64,000 nt of DNA from Salinivirgaceae bacterium (GTDB taxonomy: Bacteria; Bacteroidota; Bacteroidia; Bacteroidales; SZUA-534): the NCBI GenBank assembly GCA_024405635.1, contig JAKSOL010000004.1, positions 32,001 through 96,000 on the forward strand. The letters are read 5' to 3'. The position numbers and the translations under genes were made by a program. This document shows, piece by piece, positions 10,947-19,011 of this stretch (the first letter of the stretch is position 1; each line of letters begins with the position of its first letter). The notes below the pieces were generated by a model. It was not told where the DNA came from. It was given only the letters and a program-made list of their open reading frames with translations, and ran no database searches.

Positions 10947-12530
10947 CTAGTGTTTAAAATGTCTTCTGCCAGTAAATACCATTGCTATACCATACTTGTT
11001 GCAAGCTTCAATAACCTCGTTGTCGCGAATGCTGCCACCTGGTTGTACAATGTATTTAATACCATATTCGTTGCAAACGTCAACGCTATCGCTGAATGGG
11101 AAGAATGCATCTGAAATCAAAACTGATTCAGCAATTGTGCAACCTTCTTTTAACTCAAAACGAGGAATGGTAAGGCGTTGCAAACTGTCGATGCGGTTTG
11201 GTTGTCCCATGCCTGCGCCTGTCAACCAGAACGATCCGTCTTCGGCTTGCGAAACAAGTCCCATTGCGTTGCTCTTAAGGTATTTGCATGCTTGAGTACC
11301 AAATGCTGCAAGGTCTAGTTGTGTTGCAGTAAATTTCTTTTCAGTAACTGCATTGTATTCGGTGTCAAGACCTTCGTCTTCGTCTTGAACCAACAAGCCA
11401 CCATTAATTGAGCGATAAAGTTTTTCGCCAGTGATTTGTGGTTTTACTGGGGTTACCAATACGCGCAAGTTCTTTTTGGCGCTCAAAATTTCCAATGCCT
11501 CTTTTGAGTACGATGGAGCGATGATTATTTCAATGAATTTTTTTGCAAAGAATTGTGCCACTTCGCCATCAACTTCGCTGGTAAAGCAAACAATGCCTCC
11601 GTAGGCGCTTACTGGGTCGCCTGCCCAAGCTAGTTCCAATGCTCGCATTGGTGTGTTTGCTACTGCAAGTCCGCATGGGTTAAGGTGTTTTACTACCGAT
11701 ACACCAACTTTGTTTGCTATTCCGTTTACTGAGTGGAATGCATCGCAAGCGGCTTTCCAAGCTGCATCGGCATCAAGCATGTTGTTGTACGATAGCTCTT
11801 TGCCTTGTAGAACTTGCGAGTTTGCAAGTGTTTTTTCTTGATTTGTGTTGTTGAATTGGTAGAATGTGGCTTTTTGGTGAGGGTTTTCGCCGTAACGAAG
11901 AACTTGTCCGTCAACCAAACTGATTTTTTCTGAACCAGCGTTGTCGCCGTTAAAGTAATTGAAGATGGCTGAATCGTAGTGCGACGATACGTTGAATGCA
12001 TCGCGTGCAAAGTCTTTGCGGTCTTCGATTGATGTGCAACCTTTCTTTTCGGTTAGTAGGTTGTCGAGTTTTGCATATTGTTGTTTTGAGGCAACAATAA
12101 CAACATCGGCAAAGTTTTTAGCGGCTGCACGAATAAGTGAAATGCCACCTATGTCAATTTTTTCAATAATGTCTTGTTCTGCGGCACCGCTTGCTACGGT
12201 TTGCTCAAATGGATAAAGGTCAACAATTACAAGGTCAATTTCTGGAATTTCAAATTGAGCCATTTGTTTTTGGTCGCTCTCGTTGCTGCGGCGAGCCAAA
12301 ATGCCACCAAATACTTTTGGGTGAAGGGTTTTAACACGGCCTCCTAAAATTGAAGGGTAACTAGTTAAATCTTCAACTGCATTTACCTCGCAACCAAGCG
12401 ATTCAAGAAAGGTTTGTGTGCCACCAGTTGAGTAAAGTTTTACTCCTAAATCTTTGAGTTTTAGCACAATACTATCTAATCCGTCTTTGTGAAAAACGGA
12501 AATAAGTGCACTTTTAATCTTTTTATCCAT
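10947..12530 (-). CDS. purH: Bifunctional AICAR transformylase/IMP cyclohydrolase
   Basis: ALISV, GGRVKTLHP, IDIGG, LRYGENPHQ, KHLNPCG, SDAFFPF, QPGGSIRD, RHFKH. Confidence 0.96.
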   Translation of the reverse strand: MDKKIKSALISVFHKDGLDSIVLKLKDLGVKLYSTGGTQTFLESLGCEVNAVEDLTSYPSILGGRVKTLHPKVFGGILARRSNESDQKQMAQFEIPEIDLVIVDLYPFEQTVASGAAEQDIIEKIDIGGISLIRAAAKNFADVVIVASKQQYAKLDNLLTEKKGCTSIEDRKDFARDAFNVSSHYDSAIFNYFNGDNAGSEKISLVDGQVLRYGENPHQKATFYQFNNTNQEKTLANSQVLQGKELSYNNMLDADAAWKAACDAFHSVNGIANKVGVSVVKHLNPCGLAVANTPMRALELAWAGDPVSAYGGIVCFTSEVDGEVAQFFAKKFIEIIIAPSYSKEALEILSAKKNLRVLVTPVKPQITGEKLYRSINGGLLVQDEDEGLDTEYNAVTEKKFTATQLDLAAFGTQACKYLKSNAMGLVSQAEDGSFWLTGAGMGQPNRIDSLQRLTIPRFELKEGCTIAESVLISDAFFPFSDSVDVCNEYGIKYIVQPGGSIRDNEVIEACNKYGIAMVFTGRRHFKH

Positions 12531-12687
12531 CTAAAAAACTATTCTAAATACTTTAATTTCAAAGGGTTTGCGACATAAAATCAATCGCGGCGCAAATATA
12601 TAACAAAATCACTTTTTTGCTTTGCGGCATTTGTTATTTGTAAACATAAAAAGGCAGAAAAAAGTGACTAATTTTTTTCAAAAAAAT

Positions 12688-12718
12688 TTTGCAGGTTAAA
12701 AAATACCTTCTACATTTG
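12688..12718 (+). promoter_or_regulatory. Bacteroidetes housekeeping-sigma promoter of tRNA-Asn
   Basis: TTTG (12688-12691), 19 nt spacer, TACATTTG (12711-12718): matches the -33/-7 consensus. Confidence 0.75.
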
Positions 12719-12758
12719 CACCGCATTTGAGAGGAATGCTAGAGTAATTAAAGTTTCT

Positions 12759-12832
12759 TCCTCCTTAGCTCAGTTGGTTAGAGCACCTGACTGTTAATCA
12801 GGGGGTCTTTGGTTCAAGTCCAAAAGGGGGAG
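12759..12832 (+). tRNA. tRNA-Asn (GTT)
   Basis: Acceptor TCCTCCT/AGGGGGA, D-arm AGCTCAGTTGGTTAGAGC, anticodon arm CCTGA-CTGTTAA-TCAGG, T-loop GGTTCAAGTCC; CCA not encoded. Confidence 0.96.
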
Positions 12833-12833
12833 C

Positions 12834-12862
12834 AAAAAGGTCAACGAAAGTTGGCCTTTTTT
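12834..12862 (+). terminator. Intrinsic terminator after tRNA-Asn
   Basis: AAAAAGGTCAAC-GAAA-GTTGGCCTTTTTTT hairpin with T-run. Confidence 0.8.
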
Positions 12863-13125
12863 GTTTTATACACCTAACAAATCATTGTGCTTCGTTTTTT
12901 TATTCCCTCGCTTTTAGGTTGTCGCAAATCGCTATTCTTTTTCAACGCTTTCCTTTTGGATTTTAATCTGCCTCTTTTTTATTGAAAAATGACAATGGTC
13001 TTTTATGTTTCGATAAGAGAAGTTTGTGCTTAATTTCTGAAAATCAGTCGTTTACAACATTTTCGATTTGTTTTATAAATATCTTACATTTGGTTTTTAT
13101 TAAACATCAGTAACTATTGTTTTTT

Positions 13126-14682
13126 ATGGCAGACAACAAGAAAGAACAGGAACGACAGGAGCTCCACAGAACCATCTGGGCAATAGCAGATGAGATGAGA
13201 GGTTCAGTGGATGGATGGGACTTTAAGTCCTATATCCTTGGTATGCTCTTTTACAGATACATCAGTGAGAACATCACCAACTACATCAACAAGGGTGAAT
13301 GGGAAAGTGGTAATGAGGACTTCAACTATGCTGACCTTGCTGATGACATAGCAGAGGATGCAAGGGAAGAGATGGTAAGTGTGAAGGGCTTCTTCATTCT
13401 CCCAAGCCAGTTGTTCAGCAATATCTGCAAGGTATGTGATAAGGATGACAATCTCAATGAAACTCTTGAACACATATTTACTGCCATTGAAGCCTCTGCC
13501 AAGGGAACAGAGAGTGAGGATGACTTCAAGGGATTGTTTGCTGACCTTGATGTGAACTCCAACAAACTAGGGGCTACTGTTGTCAAGAGAAATGAAAAAC
13601 TGGTCAAGCTGCTCAGAGGAATAGAGCAGATGCAGTTGGGTGATTACCAAGACAACACCATTGATGCCTTTGGTGATGCATACGAGTATCTGATGGCTAT
13701 GTATGCCTCAAATGCTGGTAAGAGTGGTGGTGAGTTTTATACACCACAAGAGGTTTCTGAACTGCTCACCAAGTTGGCTACCCTTGGTAAGACAGAAGTC
13801 AATAAAGTTTATGATCCTGCTTGTGGCTCTGGCTCACTGCTGTTGAAGGCTGCAAAGATACTGGGCAAGGAGAATGTAAGACAAGGCTTCTATGGTCAGG
13901 AAATCAACCTTACCACCTACAACCTTTGCAGAATTAACATGTTCCTTCATGACATTGACTATGATAAGTTTGACATAGCATGTGAGGACACACTGCTCAG
14001 TCCTATGCACTGGGATGATGAACCATTTGAAGTGATTGTCAGCAACCCACCATACTCTATCAAGTGGAAGGGTGATGATGACATTACTCTGATAAATGAC
14101 CCAAGATATGCACCTGCTGGTGTGCTTGCTCCCAAGAGTAAGGCTGACCTTGCTTTCATCATGCACTCTCTGGCTTGGTTGGCTACCAATGGCACTGCCT
14201 CAATAGTCTGCTTCCCTGGTGTGATGTATAGAGGTGGTGCTGAAAAGAAGATAAGGCAGTATCTCATTGACAACAACTATGTTGATTGTATCATACAACT
14301 GCCAGACAACCTATTCTTTGGAACATCCATAGCCACTTGCATTATGGTATTGAAGAAGGCAAAGATGGATAATTCAACCCTATTCATTGATGCCAGCAAG
14401 GAGTGTGTAAAGATTACAAATAACAACAAACTCACCCCAGAGAACATTGAGCATATTGTGAAGATGTTTGCTGACAGAATTGATGTTCAGTATCAGTGTA
14501 AGTTGGTAAGCAATGATACCATAGCAGAGGGTGATTACAACCTTTCTGTATCATCTTATGTTGAGCAAGAAGACACAAGGGAGAAGGTGGATATTGTTGA
14601 ACTCAATGCCAGACTGGAAAAGATTGTGGCTCATGAGCAGAAACTGCGCCAGCAGATAGATGAGATTATCAAAGAACTCTAA
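13126..14682 (+). CDS. hsdM: Type I R-M methyltransferase subunit
   Basis: GKSGGEFYTP, YDPACGSGSLL (motif I), NPPY (motif IV), GVMYRGGAE; probable ATG 13126; TACATTTG -7 box at 13085. Confidence 0.95.
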   Translation: MADNKKEQERQELHRTIWAIADEMRGSVDGWDFKSYILGMLFYRYISENITNYINKGEWESGNEDFNYADLADDIAEDAREEMVSVKGFFILPSQLFSNICKVCDKDDNLNETLEHIFTAIEASAKGTESEDDFKGLFADLDVNSNKLGATVVKRNEKLVKLLRGIEQMQLGDYQDNTIDAFGDAYEYLMAMYASNAGKSGGEFYTPQEVSELLTKLATLGKTEVNKVYDPACGSGSLLLKAAKILGKENVRQGFYGQEINLTTYNLCRINMFLHDIDYDKFDIACEDTLLSPMHWDDEPFEVIVSNPPYSIKWKGDDDITLINDPRYAPAGVLAPKSKADLAFIMHSLAWLATNGTASIVCFPGVMYRGGAEKKIRQYLIDNNYVDCIIQLPDNLFFGTSIATCIMVLKKAKMDNSTLFIDASKECVKITNNNKLTPENIEHIVKMFADRIDVQYQCKLVSNDTIAEGDYNLSVSSYVEQEDTREKVDIVELNARLEKIVAHEQKLRQQIDEIIKEL

Positions 14683-14688
14683 ACCCGT

Positions 14689-15807
14689 ATGGCAAAACAA
14701 CTATACATCGATTTTGACGAATATATCCGTCAGGGTGAACCTGAGGCTGCCATAAGTGCGGAGCAGTGGAAAACGGCAATAGGACTTCAGGCTGTAGATG
14801 GCATGAAGCCATCTCAATATCTCGTAGATATCGCGAAAAGAAATATTGAGGGTGACATTTCCATTGATGAAGTACAAGAGTTGCTGCGCTCATATTATGC
14901 CAGCGTAGCCAACAGGGATAAGATTAAAGAGAACTATGAAGAAGCCGATAAGGCATCGGCAAACATCAAGCGAATACTCTCCACAAACACTCTTGCATTC
15001 AACACTAACGGCTACATTGCCACACATCGTAGAATATTCGAAGGTGTGTTCAAGCATGCGGGCGAACTGCGTAAATATGATATTACGAAGAAGGAGTGGG
15101 TACTGCGAGGCAACACGGTCAACTATCTGAACTGGGAGGATTTGCGCCGCGCTCTTGACTATGACATCCAACAGGAAAAAGACTTCAGTTACAAAGGGCT
15201 CAGCGATGACGAGAAGATCAAGCACCTCTGCCGCTTTACGTCGGGATTGTGGCAGATACATCCTTTCTGCGAGGGCAACACACGTACTACCGCTGTGTTT
15301 CTCATCCAGTATCTGCGTTCTATTGGCTACAAGGTAACCAACGATATGTTTGCAGAACATTCGTGGTATTTCCGCAATGCCCTTGTTCGAGCCAACTACA
15401 AGAACTCTGAACTCGGCATAGATTACGACTACACATATCTTGAGCGTTTTTTCTTCAATCTCTTGTTAGGTGAAAAGAATGAACTAAAGAACCGTTTTCT
15501 GATTATTAATGCGCCCGATAATTGGAACGATATACAAAAAAGTACCCAAGAAAGTACAGATATTGCTAACAAAAGTACCCAAGAAACAGAACTTGGTACC
15601 CAAGAAAATAAGTTGAGTACCCAAGAAAAGATATTGGCGGAGATACGCAAAAACCCTTTTACTACTCGCGAACAACTTGCAATAGTGGTTGGAATAACAC
15701 CTGACGGCATAAAAAAACAGTTGGAAAAACTGAAAAGAACAAATACAATCAAGCATGTAGGACCTACAAAAGGCGGTCATTGGGAAATTTGTGAACAGGA
15801 GGACTGA
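14689..15807 (+). CDS. Fic/DOC protein with N-terminal VbhA-like helix and C-terminal winged HTH (fic1)
   Basis: HPFCEGNTRT Fic motif (non-canonical tail); N-terminal AIGLQAVDG; STQE repeats, then HTH ending GPTKGGHWEI. Confidence 0.85.
   Translation: MAKQLYIDFDEYIRQGEPEAAISAEQWKTAIGLQAVDGMKPSQYLVDIAKRNIEGDISIDEVQELLRSYYASVANRDKIKENYEEADKASANIKRILSTNTLAFNTNGYIATHRRIFEGVFKHAGELRKYDITKKEWVLRGNTVNYLNWEDLRRALDYDIQQEKDFSYKGLSDDEKIKHLCRFTSGLWQIHPFCEGNTRTTAVFLIQYLRSIGYKVTNDMFAEHSWYFRNALVRANYKNSELGIDYDYTYLERFFFNLLLGEKNELKNRFLIINAPDNWNDIQKSTQESTDIANKSTQETELGTQENKLSTQEKILAEIRKNPFTTREQLAIVVGITPDGIKKQLEKLKRTNTIKHVGPTKGGHWEICEQED
15541..15627 (+). repeat. Four copies of (A/G)GTACCCAAGAA encoding (S/G)TQE in the fic1 linker
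   Basis: Directly visible repeated 12-mer. Confidence 0.85.
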
Positions 15808-15810
15808 AGT

Positions 15811-16686
15811 ATGAGCAGGATTTCATTTAGGTTTTATAAAGACCATGAGGTAAGAGCTGTGTGGGATGCCATAACTGACAGATGGTTTTTCTCTGTCCTT
15901 GATGTGCTTGGTGCTATCAATGAGCAGGATGATTATACCAAGACAAGAAACTATTGGAAATATCTCAAAACCAAGTTGAAGAAGGAGCAGAATGAAGTGG
16001 TTAGTGCCACTAACCAGTTGAAACTTCTTGCTCCAGATGGTAAGAAAAGACTTACTGACACCCTTGATATGAAGGGCATTGAAGAACTTGCCAAGAACAT
16101 CCCCAATAGCAAGGCAATGGAGTTTCTTGACTGGCTTACATATAGTGAGAATACACTTGATGGCAAGAGTAAGCAAAAGGCTTATGAACTCTGGGAAAGT
16201 GGAATATTGGAAACCATTGAAGTTGGAACTGTCAAGGGGCTTCAGCAGATACACGCCTACATCTTTGCAGGCTTGTACGACTTTGCTGGTCAGGTTAGAA
16301 CAAAGACAATTTCTAAGGGTGGTTTTACCTTCTGCTTGGCACAATACCTGCCACAGCAATTAGGCATTATTGAAAAGATGCCAGAAGCAAGCATAGATGA
16401 CATCTTCGATAAGTATGTAGAGATGAATGTGGCCCACCCCTTCATGGAGGGTAATGGCAGAAGCACCAGAATATGGCTTGACCTCATGTTGAAAGCAAGA
16501 GCAGACAAATGTGTTGACTGGAGTCAGATAAACAAGAACGACTATCTGCAAGCCATGACACAGAGTGTTGCAGATGCTACTTTCATCAAGCAGTTGCTTG
16601 CCAATGCTCTCACTGACAACATCAATGACAGAGAACTCTTCATGAAGGGCATTGATTACTCTTATTATTATGAACAGGAGGATTAA
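15811..16686 (+). CDS. Fic adenylyltransferase (NmFic/class III-like) with BRO-like N-terminal domain (fic2)
   Basis: Canonical HPFMEGNGRSTR; C-terminal SYYYE autoinhibitory-type motif; N-terminal VRAVWD..WFFSVLDV..RNYWKYLK. Confidence 0.87.
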   Translation: MSRISFRFYKDHEVRAVWDAITDRWFFSVLDVLGAINEQDDYTKTRNYWKYLKTKLKKEQNEVVSATNQLKLLAPDGKKRLTDTLDMKGIEELAKNIPNSKAMEFLDWLTYSENTLDGKSKQKAYELWESGILETIEVGTVKGLQQIHAYIFAGLYDFAGQVRTKTISKGGFTFCLAQYLPQQLGIIEKMPEASIDDIFDKYVEMNVAHPFMEGNGRSTRIWLDLMLKARADKCVDWSQINKNDYLQAMTQSVADATFIKQLLANALTDNINDRELFMKGIDYSYYYEQED

Positions 16687-16689
16687 GGT

Positions 16690-17796
16690 ATGAGCAAGAT
16701 TGGAGAACTGATACAACAATATTGTCCAGAAGGGGTGGAGTATGTTAAGTTAGGAGATGTATGTAAAACAAAAACACCTCCTGCAAAACTCAAAACTGCA
16801 GACTACAAAGACCAAGGATTATATCAAATTATTGACCAAGGACAAAGTCAATATGCTGGATATACTGATGATGAAAGATATTTATTACCAGATGCAGAAT
16901 ATGTCCTTTATGGAGACCATACATGCATTGTAAAATACCATAAAGGATGTTTTGCACAAGGTGCAGATGGACTAAAAATACTTGTCCCAATAGGGCAGAA
17001 TATCAAATATGTCTTTTATGCATTGTCAGCATACAACTTAACAAGCACAGAATACAAAAGGCATTGGACACAGGCAAAGGAGATAGAAATCCCCCTTCCT
17101 CCTCTCCCAGTTCAAAAGGAGATAGTAAGGATATTAGATACATTTACAGAGCTGCAAGCGGAGCTGCAAGCGGAGCTGCAAGCAAGACAACTACAATTTG
17201 AATACTATCAAGATTTTCTTCTAAACAAATCACAATTCTCCAATCATCTTTCTATTAGAAATCTGTGTATTGTCAAAAAGGGAAAAACACCTATACAAAA
17301 AGCAAAAGAAGGAAAATATCCTTTGGTTGTTACTGCTATGGAAAGAAGGTCTAATGATGAGTATCAGTTTGATGCAAATGCTGTATGCATTCCTTTAATT
17401 TCTTCAAGAGGACATGGAGTAGCATCACTAAATCATGTATATTATCAAGAAGGGAAGTTTGCCTTGGGTAACATATTATGTGCAGTAATTCCAATGGATG
17501 AAAGTATACTTAAAGCAAAGTTTTTATACTATTACTTGGAGTATGCAAAAGATTACACTCTTGTGCCACTAATGAAAGGAGGGGCAAATGTTTCTATGCA
17601 TTGTTCAGATATAGAAAAAGTAAAGATACCAGTTCCATCCATAGAACAACAAGAGAAAATCATCTCCATTCTTGATAAGTTTGATGGACTTGTCAATGAC
17701 ATATCCCAAGGTCTGCCAGCAGAAATTGAGGCAAGAAAACAGCAGTATGAATACTATAGAGATAAACTCTTAACCTTCAAAAGAAAAGCAGAATAA
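16690..17796 (+). CDS. hsdS: Type I R-M specificity subunit (type IC-like)
   Basis: CPEGVEYVKLG start, IPLPPLPVQKEIVRILD and IPVPSIEQQEKI conserved regions, two TRDs, QYEYYRDKLLTF end. Confidence 0.93.
   Translation: MSKIGELIQQYCPEGVEYVKLGDVCKTKTPPAKLKTADYKDQGLYQIIDQGQSQYAGYTDDERYLLPDAEYVLYGDHTCIVKYHKGCFAQGADGLKILVPIGQNIKYVFYALSAYNLTSTEYKRHWTQAKEIEIPLPPLPVQKEIVRILDTFTELQAELQAELQARQLQFEYYQDFLLNKSQFSNHLSIRNLCIVKKGKTPIQKAKEGKYPLVVTAMERRSNDEYQFDANAVCIPLISSRGHGVASLNHVYYQEGKFALGNILCAVIPMDESILKAKFLYYYLEYAKDYTLVPLMKGGANVSMHCSDIEKVKIPVPSIEQQEKIISILDKFDGLVNDISQGLPAEIEARKQQYEYYRDKLLTFKRKAE
17149..17184 (+). repeat. 12-bp tandem repeat x3 (GAGCTGCAAGCG; ELQA) in HsdS central spacer
   Basis: Directly visible. 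Confidence 0.92.
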
Positions 17797-17802
17797 CCGC
17801 AC

Positions 17803-18903
17803 ATGGGTGATAATAAACCGAAATACATTGAAGGCGTGGGTTGGCGGTATGAGACGGTGCATAGCCAGAAACGACGCATGAAATCCCATCACTATAATGA
17901 GGTGGGCACATATCTCGTCACCGTCGTAGTGGAGGGGCGTAAGCCTGTCTTCGGGCATATCGCCGGCAACATTAAGGCATCACCTACTGCACCCGATTAT
18001 CCAGTCACTGTATTATCGCCGCTAGGCGAGAATCTGCTCCACGAGCAGCTTCCGAAGATACACGCTGTTTACCCGATGGTGGACGTGTGGCGCCTGTGTG
18101 TCATGCCCGACCATCTGCATATCATCATCCGCATCAACGCCACCTTGCCACCGAAGAAACACCTGGGCACCATCATAGGCGCTTTCAAGGGCGGCATAAG
18201 TCGAGCATGGGGAGGCGGCACTCTCTTCGAAGATAACTACAACGATCGCATCCTTATGCGCGATGGGCAGTTGGAGAACTGGAAGGCATACCTCGACGCT
18301 AATCCTTATCGCTGGCTCGTCAGGCATTCACGCCCAGAGCTGATGCAGAGAGCGCTGTGCCTCGTCATCAACGGTGTCAGGTATGGAGCCTTCGGTAATT
18401 TCATGCTGCTCAGGCACCCCGAGAAGGTGCAGGTCTTCTTTCACCGGAAGATGGTGGATGACAGGCTGACGCCTGACATACAGGGACCGCAAGCCACGAC
18501 GAGCATACAGGGGCAAGCCACGATGAGCGTATGGAGGCAGAAGATACCCACCGAGCAGACGCTTTTTTGGCAGAAGGAACACGCGAGGTTGATAGAGATG
18601 GCGGAGCAAGGCGATGTGATGGTGACACCAGGCATCAGTGAATGCGAGAAGCGAATAAAGAACGAGTGCCTCCAGCAGCACCATAGGATCATACACCTAC
18701 AGGCGGAGCCTATCGGCAGTTATTGGAAGCCAGAGCGCAGCCGTTTTGAGGCTTGCACAGCCGGTAGCCTCCTCATACTTGCTCCATGGGCGGAGGATCT
18801 GGAGGGAGACACCGACTATGACCGCTTTCATAATCTTAACACCCTCGCTGCGAGCATCTGCCAGCTGAATGTGCAGGCTGCTATGCAGATAACAACAGGC
18901 TGA
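17803..18903 (+). mobile_element. REP-associated tyrosine transposase (RAYT, Y1/IS200-like) with extra C-terminal domain
   Basis: YLVT, VMPDHLH (HUH), YNDRI..YLDANP (catalytic Tyr); GC- and CpG-rich relative to flanking hsd genes; REP-like hairpins inside and downstream. Confidence 0.75.
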
Positions 18904-18960
18904 CGCCTGCCGCACAGGGACCGCAAACCACGGCACAGGGGCTGCAAACCGCCCCTATGT
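18895..18960. repeat. REP-like hairpin cluster (second copy at 18461-18530)
   Basis: CAGGC-TGAC-GCCTG and AGGGGC-N8-GCCCCT hairpins; 38-bp unit matches 18461-18498 at 34/38. Confidence 0.7.
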
Positions 18961-19011
18961 CAATGGCGTTAGCTTTTGATGATACCAACAAGAACAACAA
19001 AACAACAAACT

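Noticed and set aside
16690-18976. hsdS shufflon (invertible TRDs)
   Set aside because: Only one hsdS, with no inverted silent copies and no site-specific recombinase.
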